A DNA stretch of 41,478 nucleotides from an uncultured bacterium. Lineage in GTDB: Bacteria > Hydrogenedentota > Hydrogenedentia > Hydrogenedentales > JAEUWI01. Location of the stretch: the NCBI GenBank assembly GCA_963977445.1, contig CAXBPH010000024.1, forward strand, positions 1-41,478, given 5' to 3'. Both the position numbers and the translations under genes were made by a program. Positions within the stretch are counted from its first letter, which is position 1; the number at the start of each line of letters is the position of its first letter. Under the pieces are notes generated by a model that saw only the letters and a list, made by a program, of their open reading frames with translations, ran no database searches and was not told the DNA's origin. Shown here one piece after another: positions 10,029 to 17,800 of the stretch.

Positions 10029-11279
10029 ATGAAAATCACAGAGAAAGCGGTAAAAGACCTACGCCCGGCTGAAAATAAAAAGCCCTACGAAGTGCGCTAT
10101 GAGGACACGCAAGGCTTCCTAGTTCGAGTTCAGCCAACGGGGCGCATAACGTACTATTTCGAGTACCGCAATTCAGACAAAAAGCGCCAACGCATCAAAT
10201 TGGGCGTATATCCCACTCTGAAAGTTTCAGAGGCGCGGGATGCAGCCGCGATACTAGCGGGTGAGGTGGCGAAAAAGGGCGACCCTGCTGCTGACAAGCG
10301 GGCAGAGCGCCATGCAGTCGCCCCGGCTGACCTGACCTTGCACCAATTCATCGAAGAGCACTACGGCCCGTGGGCTCAAACGAATCTAAAATCCCATGCG
10401 CCTACCCTCACCCGGCTACGGGCTGGATTCGCTCCCTTGCTGTCAAAGCGGCTTGTCGACCTCACGGCACGGGACTTTGAACAGCATCGGCTAGACCGAT
10501 TGAAGCATAAGCTGGCAACGAAGAAGAAGCCACCGACCCCGCAGACCCTCAACCGTGACCAGCAGACTCTTAGGGCTGCACTCACCCGCGCTATAGATTG
10601 GAAGCTTATCGACAGCAACCCGCTTGATAGGGTCAAAAAGGCCAAGGAGGACAGGAACCGCAAAATCCGGGCGTTATCAGCCAACGAGGAGGCCGATATT
10701 CTGGACACCTTCACGCGGCGCAGGCAAAAGGCGGTAGACGGGCGACTCGTGAATTTCCAGAAAGGTGCCAGGAAACAACCCAAAATTCCACGGTACCTGA
10801 ATTTTCTGGAACCGCTATTCGTGCTCAGTCTGGAGACAGGCATTAGGCGCGGTGAAGCCGTAGGGCTGCTCTGGAGTGATATCGATTTCGCAGGGCGCAC
10901 GTTGACGGTACGGGGTGAAGGTGCGAAGTCTGCACAGACCCGCACTGTTCCCCTGAGTACTAAAGCAAAAATGGCGTTGGTCCAATGGCGCGCCCAAGTG
11001 CGGGGGCAAGGTCGGGTATTCATGGGTCTGACCGTGGACAGCCTCAAAGGCCAATGGGTGCGACTGCTCAAGGATGCCAAGGTGACCGGCATTCGCTGGC
11101 ACGACCTACGCCACACCTTCGGCACCCGTTGCGCCGTGGGTGGGGTGCCCGTGGTTACCATTCAACGGATGATGGGCCATGCATCGATTACGACCACGGC
11201 GCGGTACCTGCACGCCACCGACGAAGATATGAGGAACGCTATGGACCGGCTCGAAAAAGCAGCAGGGGGCGGAGCATGA
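10029..11279 (+). CDS. int: Tyrosine recombinase/integrase with N-terminal arm-DNA-binding domain
   Basis: Catalytic motifs TGIRRGE, GAKS, HDLRH, MGH, TTARY; N-terminus GFLVRV..TG..TYYFEYR typical of P4-like arm-binding domains. Confidence 0.95.
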   Translation: MKITEKAVKDLRPAENKKPYEVRYEDTQGFLVRVQPTGRITYYFEYRNSDKKRQRIKLGVYPTLKVSEARDAAAILAGEVAKKGDPAADKRAERHAVAPADLTLHQFIEEHYGPWAQTNLKSHAPTLTRLRAGFAPLLSKRLVDLTARDFEQHRLDRLKHKLATKKKPPTPQTLNRDQQTLRAALTRAIDWKLIDSNPLDRVKKAKEDRNRKIRALSANEEADILDTFTRRRQKAVDGRLVNFQKGARKQPKIPRYLNFLEPLFVLSLETGIRRGEAVGLLWSDIDFAGRTLTVRGEGAKSAQTRTVPLSTKAKMALVQWRAQVRGQGRVFMGLTVDSLKGQWVRLLKDAKVTGIRWHDLRHTFGTRCAVGGVPVVTIQRMMGHASITTTARYLHATDEDMRNAMDRLEKAAGGGA

Positions 11280-11959
11280 ACGAAGAGCGAATAAGCCGAG
11301 CGGCAGAAATGATAGATTCGGCACTTATTGGTGCGTGGGGTATATCTGAATCGGGCGACGCTAGCCATATACCCGCACTAGAATGGCGCTACGAAAGAAT
11401 GCGGGATTACATCTACACAGCAGGCGAACTGCTTTTGAATACAGGGGATGCAGCCCGAGAGGTACGGGCTACCCTCGATTGGGTGGCCGGGCACCTGCCA
11501 AGCGTTGAAGATTTTACGCAGACCAAGGCAAGGGTCACAATGAATCCACGTATGCTGGACCCTGAAATGATGCACAACAGGAGTATGCTCCGTTCGGCAC
11601 AATGGCTCCTGAGTCAATGGGAGCGGCTTTCGATGGCAGCGTCTACGCTTAGGGATATCGCGCACTCTGAGGCCAACAAGGACCCGATGCCGGAAGAAGC
11701 AAAGGGATTGACGGATTCTGCAAAGAAATTGCTACGCGGCGCGCGACGGATTGAGTCACACACGGAGCCGGTCAAGTGGGTTGAGCTAACTGAGGAGGCT
11801 CGTTTCGAAGAACACACAAACATAACAAGTAGGACGACTTTAACGGGCTTGAAGCTGCTCGAAATGATAGGCAAGGGGAATAATTCAAAGTGGCGTCTGA
11901 CACCTCGCGGCGAAGTTGTTGCGCAGTACTTTAGGGATACGGAATGGAAGAAGTGGTAA
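11276..11959 (+). CDS. Hypothetical protein with possible C-terminal winged-helix domain
   Basis: ATGA overlap with the integrase stop; C-terminus LKLLEMIGKGNNSKWRLTPRG resembles a wHTH wing. Confidence 0.65.
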   Translation: MNEERISRAAEMIDSALIGAWGISESGDASHIPALEWRYERMRDYIYTAGELLLNTGDAAREVRATLDWVAGHLPSVEDFTQTKARVTMNPRMLDPEMMHNRSMLRSAQWLLSQWERLSMAASTLRDIAHSEANKDPMPEEAKGLTDSAKKLLRGARRIESHTEPVKWVELTEEARFEEHTNITSRTTLTGLKLLEMIGKGNNSKWRLTPRGEVVAQYFRDTEWKKW

Positions 11960-12072
11960 GTCTCTTACTACCCTCTTACCAGTAAGAGGCTTCGTGCCAA
12001 CGGCTAAAATTTCATGTACGATCTCCTTAGCTAAACCGGAATCACCCGGCGCTAGAAGATGGAGACTGTACA

Positions 12073-12297
12073 ATGGATGCCTTCGAAGATCGAGCACTGA
12101 CTGAGGATGAAGCGGCGGAATTCCTTGGAATGTGCAAGGGCACGCTTCGCACTGCCCGCAGCTTGGGCAAGCGCCCGAATCGTATTGAAAGCCCACCCTA
12201 TTTCAAAATCGGCCCCCGCTGTGTACGCTACAGTTTGAAAGACCTTCACGAATACCGTGAGCGTTTCCGCGTGACCGACGGGGGGCACGCGACATGA
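12073..12297 (+). CDS. AlpA/Xis-like helix-turn-helix protein
   Basis: LTEDEAAEFLGMCKGTL...PPYFKIGPRCVRYSLKDL; RBS GGAG upstream. Confidence 0.85.
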   Translation: MDAFEDRALTEDEAAEFLGMCKGTLRTARSLGKRPNRIESPPYFKIGPRCVRYSLKDLHEYRERFRVTDGGHAT

Positions 12298-14600
12298 CCT
12301 GTCCGAACAAAACGACCCCCGACGCGGTAGGACGCGGCGAGGGCCAAGCAAACTATTTACTCCACAGAGATGATACCCCCAATTGGGGGATACCGTCAAG
12401 CTGGGTTTTCATCCCCATCGAAGGCAAAGCACCCCGCGTAAAGGACTGGCCGAATCACCCCGGCCTGTCTCCCGAGGGCGTCGCGCGGCTGCTGGCTGCT
12501 GGGCAAAACGTTGGTCTACTGACCGGCGAACGGTCTGGGCGTCTGCTGGTGGTCGACATCGACGGCGAACGGCCCGAGGGCCTGCCCGATACCGTGACCG
12601 TCAAGACCGGCAGCGGCGGCACGCACCTGTACTACACCGTGCCGGAGGGCGTGGACATCCCGAAGGCGAACAAGGTCAACCACGTGGCGCCGGGCGTAGA
12701 TATCCGGTATACAGGCGGGCAAGTGGTATATCCCGGCAGCGTTCACCCCGGTACCGGCGCGCTGTATGAATGGGCACCAGGCAAGGCACCGGGAGAAATT
12801 CCCATGGCCGAGGTACCCGGCTGGGTGATTGCTGCGCTGCTGGCCCCGAAGCCCCAAAAGCAGGCCCCGACGTTGCCCCGAGAGCCACGACCGCAGACCG
12901 GGCAGGGGTATCATGCCACCGCACTACAGGGCGCGGCACAGGACATCCGTGACGCAGCACCGGGCACCCGAAATGCTACGCTGAATACGAAGTCCTACGC
13001 GCTGGCCGGGCTGGGCATCGACGCGGGCACAATTGCGGATCACCTGCTACCGGCTGCGCTCGATACTGGGCTGCCCGAAGGCGAGGCCCGCGCAACGATT
13101 CACAGCGGCACCGTGGCGGGACAGGCGGCACCGCGTGACGTTTCGCGGCCGGAAAAACGGCCGGCAGAATCTGTGCCGTCTGTAAGTGGGCAGGACAGGA
13201 ATGAAGTGTCTTGCCCTGCTCCCCGTGCGCTGGCCGATAAGTATCTTACGGACATTCACCCATGTGGGACGTTGCAGTGGTGGCGTGGCGACTGGTGGAT
13301 CTACGACCATGCAACCGGCTGGCGGGCCGTCAAGACACCCGAGCTCTATGCCATCTTGAGCGAAGCTCTAAAGGATTGGTCCTATATCCACACCACAGCC
13401 CGTGGTGACGCGGAGGAGAGGACCGTCTATGCCATCTTGCGGGAATCACTCCTGCGGGACGTTGTCGGACAGCTACGCCAGCCGGGGCGCTCGATACTCT
13501 CGGATGATTCAGACGCCCCCTTATGGCTGGACGGCACGCCGTCGGCATCGGACTATCTTCCGGTGCAGAATGGGATCGTCCACCTGCCAACCCGGCAGCT
13601 ACGGCAGCACAGCCCGAAGTTGTTTTGTCCGCACCGGCTGGCGTTTCCCTTCGAACCCACGGCACACCCCGAGCAGTGGATAAAGTTTTTGCGTCAATTG
13701 TGGCCCGACGATGAGCAGTCGATAGAGCTACTGAAGGAATGGTTTGGCTACCTGCTGACCAGCTCTACACGATTCCATAAAATGATGCTCATGGTCGGTC
13801 CGAAGCGGTCCGGCAAGGGTACCATTGCCCGCATCGCTGAGGCGACGATAGGCGCGGCTTCCTGCTGTTCACCCACTCTCGGCGGGCTATCCCAGAACTT
13901 CGGAGCGGCGGCTATTGTGGGCAAGCGGCTGGCCGTTGTAGGCGATGCTCGGCTGTCCGGCAGGGCTGACGCGGCCATCGTTACGGAACGGCTCCTGTCG
14001 CTGTCTGGTGGCGATTTGCAGACCATTCCACGGAAGCACCAATCAGACTGGATCGGGACTCCCGAAACAAAGTGGATGCTTTTATCGAACGAGCTGCCCC
14101 GGCTACCCGATTCGTCTGGTGCGCTGGCATCCCGCTTCCTATTGTTGCAGACCTCCGAATCGTTCTATGGGCGCGAAGACCACGGCTTGGAAGCACGACT
14201 ACTGGCAGAGCTGCCCGGCATCTTCAATTGGGCCCTTGATGGTCTGGCGCGGCTCCAGGAACGTGGACGATTCTCCGAATTGGCAGCGGCCCGGGACAGT
14301 ATGGAGGCGCTCGAAGACTTGGGCAGTCCTGTGGCGGCCTTCGTCCGGCACTCCTGCGAAGTTGGACCTGGCTACACCACACCCACGTCTACGTTGTATG
14401 AGGCCTTCCGGCGGTGGTGTGGCGATGAAGGGATCGACCACGTATCGACCAATGCGATATTTGGCCGGGATTTGTCTGCGGCATTCCCAGCTATCAGAAA
14501 AATCACTTTTCGTAGCGGCGATGGACGTAGAGAGAAAAATTACAGCGGAATTCGCGTAGTGGCACCAGCTGTCACTAGTGACTTTCCATTGCATGCGTAG
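12294..14600 (+). CDS. Bifunctional primase-polymerase (Prim-Pol) fused to P4/D5-type SF3 helicase
   Basis: VVDID, TGSGGTHLYY, GVDIR..GGQVVYPGSVH (AEP); GTRNATLN (PriCT-like); Walker A GPKRSGKGT; SNELP motif C; C-terminal LYEAFRRWC..EG wHTH. Confidence 0.92.
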   Translation: MTCPNKTTPDAVGRGEGQANYLLHRDDTPNWGIPSSWVFIPIEGKAPRVKDWPNHPGLSPEGVARLLAAGQNVGLLTGERSGRLLVVDIDGERPEGLPDTVTVKTGSGGTHLYYTVPEGVDIPKANKVNHVAPGVDIRYTGGQVVYPGSVHPGTGALYEWAPGKAPGEIPMAEVPGWVIAALLAPKPQKQAPTLPREPRPQTGQGYHATALQGAAQDIRDAAPGTRNATLNTKSYALAGLGIDAGTIADHLLPAALDTGLPEGEARATIHSGTVAGQAAPRDVSRPEKRPAESVPSVSGQDRNEVSCPAPRALADKYLTDIHPCGTLQWWRGDWWIYDHATGWRAVKTPELYAILSEALKDWSYIHTTARGDAEERTVYAILRESLLRDVVGQLRQPGRSILSDDSDAPLWLDGTPSASDYLPVQNGIVHLPTRQLRQHSPKLFCPHRLAFPFEPTAHPEQWIKFLRQLWPDDEQSIELLKEWFGYLLTSSTRFHKMMLMVGPKRSGKGTIARIAEATIGAASCCSPTLGGLSQNFGAAAIVGKRLAVVGDARLSGRADAAIVTERLLSLSGGDLQTIPRKHQSDWIGTPETKWMLLSNELPRLPDSSGALASRFLLLQTSESFYGREDHGLEARLLAELPGIFNWALDGLARLQERGRFSELAAARDSMEALEDLGSPVAAFVRHSCEVGPGYTTPTSTLYEAFRRWCGDEGIDHVSTNAIFGRDLSAAFPAIRKITFRSGDGRREKNYSGIRVVAPAVTSDFPLHA

Positions 14601-14662
14601 TAAAAAAAATAAGTTTTTATATGAAGACACAGTAGGCTGGCACCGGTGACAGCTGGTGCCAC
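14559..14662. other. Candidate replication origin of the element
   Basis: 22-bp inverted repeats (20/22 complementary) at 14559..14580 and 14641..14662 flanking an A/T-only tract at 14601..14622. Confidence 0.55.
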
Positions 14663-14686
14663 CCTACTCCTGAAAGGACCCGAATC

Positions 14687-15067
14687 ATGAAATTCTGGCA
14701 AATATTGAAGCAATACCCAACCTTAACAGCAAACGGATTCACGGACCCGACAGACCCCAACTTTGCCAAGTGGCGTGCAGAGCTGACCACGCGGCCCGAC
14801 GACATCGAAGCCGCTCAGCAATGGGTGAGTCAGTTCCCGAAATCCACGACGGCACGGCTATCCAGCTATCACGCAAAACACATCCTCGAATACGACACCG
14901 GGCGCTACGTCGACGAAGGCTCATTTATCGTGGGCGCGATTCTGGCAGGCTTCACGCCGGGCACGTCGGCACACGGCCCGGCTGGCTTCTTAAATATCGA
15001 CCGTCGCGCACTGAATCGCTTTATCAAATCGAAACCGGCGCTGGTCCTGATTGGACTGGCGGCATGA
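14687..15067 (+). CDS. Hypothetical phage/satellite protein
   Basis: 126 aa, RBS AAGGA; SSYHAKHILE..GRYV.EGSFI..AILAGF motif, recalled from primase-linked small proteins. Confidence 0.7.
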   Translation: MKFWQILKQYPTLTANGFTDPTDPNFAKWRAELTTRPDDIEAAQQWVSQFPKSTTARLSSYHAKHILEYDTGRYVDEGSFIVGAILAGFTPGTSAHGPAGFLNIDRRALNRFIKSKPALVLIGLAA

Positions 15068-15096
15068 CTCACAACCAACCCAACGAAGGAAAAACC

Positions 15097-15723
15097 ATGA
15101 GCGTAGAAAAACACCGAGACCAACTCACCCGAGCAGCCGCAGACCTTGAGGCACTGACCGCCCGCAGGACCGCAGCACAGCAGGCATGGACGGCGGCTAT
15201 CGTTGCCGATGACCAGAAGGCCGAGGTCAAGACGGCCAAGGCGCTGTCCGACATCGACGCAGCCCTTAGCCTGGCCGAATCTAAGATCGCCGTTGTGCGG
15301 CGCTGCCTGCATGATGCCGAAGTCGCAGACATCCCGGACCGTGCGGTCGAGGCGCTGACAGAGTACCGAGCGCTTGCAGACGAGGCCGCAGAATTGGCCC
15401 GTGACGTAATGAAGCACTGGCGGGAGGGGCACAACAGGGCACAGCGAATCCGTGAGCTTGACGGGCAGTGTAGGGCCATTGCTGGCGAATTCCACGAACA
15501 TACCCGCGAATTGGGTCACTATACACCGCTGACCGGCGCACGATTCCCGGTGGAGCTGGCCGAGCTTGGGCGTCTGTACGGGCAGTTCCAGAAATTCGGG
15601 GCTAAGTGGCAGCCATCCGTCGCGACACTCCTACCAGCTAAGCGGGCGCGGCCAGTCGTCGAACCCGTCGAACCTGTCGAACCCGAAACCACAGAGACCG
15701 AAAGCGAGGACACCGCAGCATGA
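15097..15723 (+). CDS. Coiled-coil hypothetical protein
   Basis: ATG after GAAGGA; Ala-rich helical heptads; acidic PVEPVEPVEPE tail. Confidence 0.7.
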   Translation: MSVEKHRDQLTRAAADLEALTARRTAAQQAWTAAIVADDQKAEVKTAKALSDIDAALSLAESKIAVVRRCLHDAEVADIPDRAVEALTEYRALADEAAELARDVMKHWREGHNRAQRIRELDGQCRAIAGEFHEHTRELGHYTPLTGARFPVELAELGRLYGQFQKFGAKWQPSVATLLPAKRARPVVEPVEPVEPETTETESEDTAA

Positions 15724-15803
15724 GCATCACCACGGCCATGGACGACTTCATTCGAAGCAACCCGGGCAACGTTTTTTCTAACCCGAAAGGAATATCACCA
15801 TGA
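15720..15803 (+). CDS. 27-aa translationally coupled micro-ORF
   Basis: MSITTAMDDFIRSNPGNVFSNPKGISP; ATGA overlaps with both neighbours. Confidence 0.4.
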   Translation: MSITTAMDDFIRSNPGNVFSNPKGISP

Positions 15804-16060
15804 AACGATTCACCCCCGAAAGAACAGCAGCCCTGCCCCCCATGGACAGCGGCAGAAATAAGCACCTCCACAGCATGAACAACGATGACCTCATGCGCAT
15901 TCACATCGGCATGGACGATGCAGAGATTCATCGCGTCAACCTGATTGCGGCCCAGACTGCCCGCGATTCGATTGCCGTACTTTGTGATATAAAGCAGTTT
16001 GCCAACGTGACGCAGATCCCCGGCTGGCAGTGGGTGCCCGTTGCCGGTAGTCGCGATTGA
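15800..16060 (+). CDS. Hypothetical protein
   Basis: 86 aa, RBS AAAGGA, in the element operon. Confidence 0.6.
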   Translation: MKRFTPERTAALPPMDSGRNKHLHSMNNDDLMRIHIGMDDAEIHRVNLIAAQTARDSIAVLCDIKQFANVTQIPGWQWVPVAGSRD

Positions 16061-16077
16061 CTCCGGAGGCTTGAAAG

Positions 16078-16557
16078 ATGGCAACAGTAAAACGCAGCAC
16101 GGCGCAGCGTGAAGCCGACCTGCCCGAAATCGCAACCGATTGGGTGATGGGCTTCACACTGCGGGAAATCGCGGCCCGACTGAATGCCCGACGCGACTAC
16201 TCGCTATCGTTCCAGACCATCGCCAACGACGTGAAAACCATCGTGGCACGCTGGCGTGAAGCTTCCACGGCTTCGGTCGCAGAGGCCAAGGCCGTGGAGC
16301 TGGCCCGGCTTGCCGAAGTCGAACGGCAGGCATGGCAGGCTTGGGAGGCATCGCAGCAGGAAGCCGTCCGGACGCTGTCTGAGGAATCCAGCGGCACGGA
16401 TGGCGGGCGCACTCGGCACCAGACCATCGCCGAGGTCAAGCGAGATTCCAGGTACCTGGCAATTATCCGGGACACAATCTCGGCTCGCATAAAATTGCTT
16501 GGGCTTGATGGCGACTTCGCCGAACGGCTCGAAAAACTCGAAAGGAAAGCATCATGA
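16078..16557 (+). CDS. HTH protein, terminase small subunit-like
   Basis: N-terminal HTH (GFTLREIAARL...SFQTIANDV), helical body, RIKLLGLD; RBS GGAGG. Confidence 0.6.
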   Translation: MATVKRSTAQREADLPEIATDWVMGFTLREIAARLNARRDYSLSFQTIANDVKTIVARWREASTASVAEAKAVELARLAEVERQAWQAWEASQQEAVRTLSEESSGTDGGRTRHQTIAEVKRDSRYLAIIRDTISARIKLLGLDGDFAERLEKLERKAS

Positions 16558-16733
16558 AAAACCTATTTGAGCGACTACGTAGGCTCGAAAAACGAATGGT
16601 ACCCGTCGAACCGGCGGCAATATTCGTCATGGCACCGCCTCCCGGCATCGTGGGCAAGAACGTGGACCTCACCCAGTTCTCACCGGCCAGCAATGGCAAG
16701 CCCGGCTGTCTGGTGACATTCCGCAGACCGTAG
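16554..16733 (+). CDS. 59-aa hypothetical protein
   Basis: MKNLFERLRRLEKRM...; ATGA overlap with the previous gene; followed by a hairpin. Confidence 0.6.
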   Translation: MKNLFERLRRLEKRMVPVEPAAIFVMAPPPGIVGKNVDLTQFSPASNGKPGCLVTFRRP

Positions 16734-16741
16734 GTCTAATG

Positions 16742-16769
16742 GCCCGGCTGGCATCGCTGCCAGCCGGGC
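16742..16769. terminator. GC-rich hairpin ending the element operon
   Basis: GCCCGGCTGGCA-TCGC-TGCCAGCCGGGC perfect 12-bp stem; no clear U-tract. Confidence 0.6.
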
Positions 16770-16775
16770 GCACTC

Positions 16776-16804
16776 TTGACAAGCACGACGGCTGGGCGTA
16801 TTCT
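16776..16804 (+). promoter_or_regulatory. Sigma70-type promoter
   Basis: TTGACA-17 bp-TATTCT. Confidence 0.7.
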
Positions 16805-16983
16805 ACCAGTCGGGCTACCGGATTCCCCGGCAAGCTAAGCGGCCCCCGAAGGTGCTACCAACACCAGCGAGGGCCTAGACTCGGATGCAGATGAGTGCAA
16901 ACGAATCCTACGCGGGATTATACCCGTATGGCGTGATAGATTCACCCGCACCCGCCTGTATTCTCACCTTGGAGAATGCACCC

Positions 16984-17271
16984 ATGATTATCACTACCAC
17001 CCTCGAATGCCAAGACCTCGAAGATATCTTTGTCCAGCATCTTGCGGAGCAAAGCCACCACTTCGGCGATATAGACGAATACGTCCGCTCGCTGATTTAC
17101 GCGGCATTCGATGCCCACCCGGATTTCTGGCGTTGCTCCAATCCCGAATGCCTTGAAGCCGTCTACCCCGTTATGACGACCCGGCAGGTATCCGGCCCGG
17201 CCTTCAAGCGGTACGCAGTCGACACGCGGCCCTGTGAGGTATGCCCGGCCTGTGGGACTGCTGCCCCATAG
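16984..17271 (+). CDS. Small Cys-rich (zinc-ribbon-like) hypothetical cargo protein
   Basis: ATG after GGAGA; CSNPEC and CEVCPAC motifs; own promoter and terminator. Confidence 0.6.
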   Translation: MIITTTLECQDLEDIFVQHLAEQSHHFGDIDEYVRSLIYAAFDAHPDFWRCSNPECLEAVYPVMTTRQVSGPAFKRYAVDTRPCEVCPACGTAAP

Positions 17272-17295
17272 CCTACCTATCACCAGCAGCCAGAG

Positions 17296-17327
17296 CGCCC
17301 CGAATCCTGACCGATTCGGGGCGTTTT
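17296..17327 (+). terminator. Intrinsic terminator
   Basis: CGCCCCGAATC-loop-GATTCGGGGCG followed by TTTT. Confidence 0.75.
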
Positions 17328-17361
17328 GCATTCCGTGGAGAATGGCACGAAATCGGGCATT

Positions 17362-17382
17362 GTGGACTTAATATGGACTTAA
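17362..17382. promoter_or_regulatory. Putative integrase arm-type binding sites (right)
   Basis: Identical to 9980..10000. Confidence 0.7.
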
Positions 17383-17399
17383 ACCCGTATTTCAAAGAG

Positions 17400-17431
17400 A
17401 AAGGGCGACCACGAATATTCGCGGTCGCCCT
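17400..17431 (-). terminator. Element-supplied terminator for tRNA-His
   Basis: AGGGCGACC...GGTCGCCCT hairpin directly downstream of the tRNA CCA on the minus strand. Confidence 0.65.
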
Positions 17432-17441
17432 GTGTTTATAA

Positions 17442-17518
17442 TGGTACCTGAGGACAGGATCGAACTGTCGACCTCTGGAACCACAATCCAGCGCTCTAAC
17501 CAACTGAGCTACCCAGGC
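17442..17518 (-). tRNA. tRNA-His (GUG)
   Basis: Cloverleaf GCCTGGG...CTGGA-TTGTGGT-TCCAG...GACAG-TTCGATC-CTGTC-CTCAGGT-A-CCA. Confidence 0.95.
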
Positions 17519-17569
17519 ACGGGGACGATTCATGCACACCATTGGCGGTGCGTTCTGAATCGAAAAAGA

Positions 17570-17599
17570 AGTATATGATTTAGCCATCGTGTAGTGCAA
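17570..17599 (-). promoter_or_regulatory. Sigma70 promoter of tRNA-His
   Basis: TTGCAC-18 bp-TATACT on the minus strand. Confidence 0.55.
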
Positions 17600-17800
17600 G
17601 TTTTCTTCCACCTTCACGGTCGATTCGGTGCCATGGTCTTTCCAGGGCCGACTCGGGTTGTGCATTGTTATTTAGATATGGTATAAATAAGCGCGGAGCA
17701 ACCGTCGGGGGGCGACTACACGGGCTACTGCCTGATATGGGCGATTTAGTATACTAGCCCCTTACCTTGTAATTTGTGTCAAATTCTGGAGTGTACACCC

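Larger units (their letters stand above)
9827..17491. mobile_element. Integrated phage-satellite (PICI/P4-like) element at tRNA-His; predicted excised circle 7,614 bp
   Basis: 51-bp att direct repeats, tyrosine integrase at one end, AlpA-like gene, primase-helicase; all genes on the + strand; no recognisable structural genes. Confidence 0.88.

Noticed and set aside
10985..11275. N-terminal extension of the 10985..11959 ORF
   Set aside because: Overlaps the integrase catalytic region in another frame; the ATGA-coupled start at 11276 is more plausible
9827..17491. Complete prophage or ICE
   Set aside because: No capsid, portal, large terminase, tail, lysis, relaxase or T4SS genes recognisable in 7.6 kb
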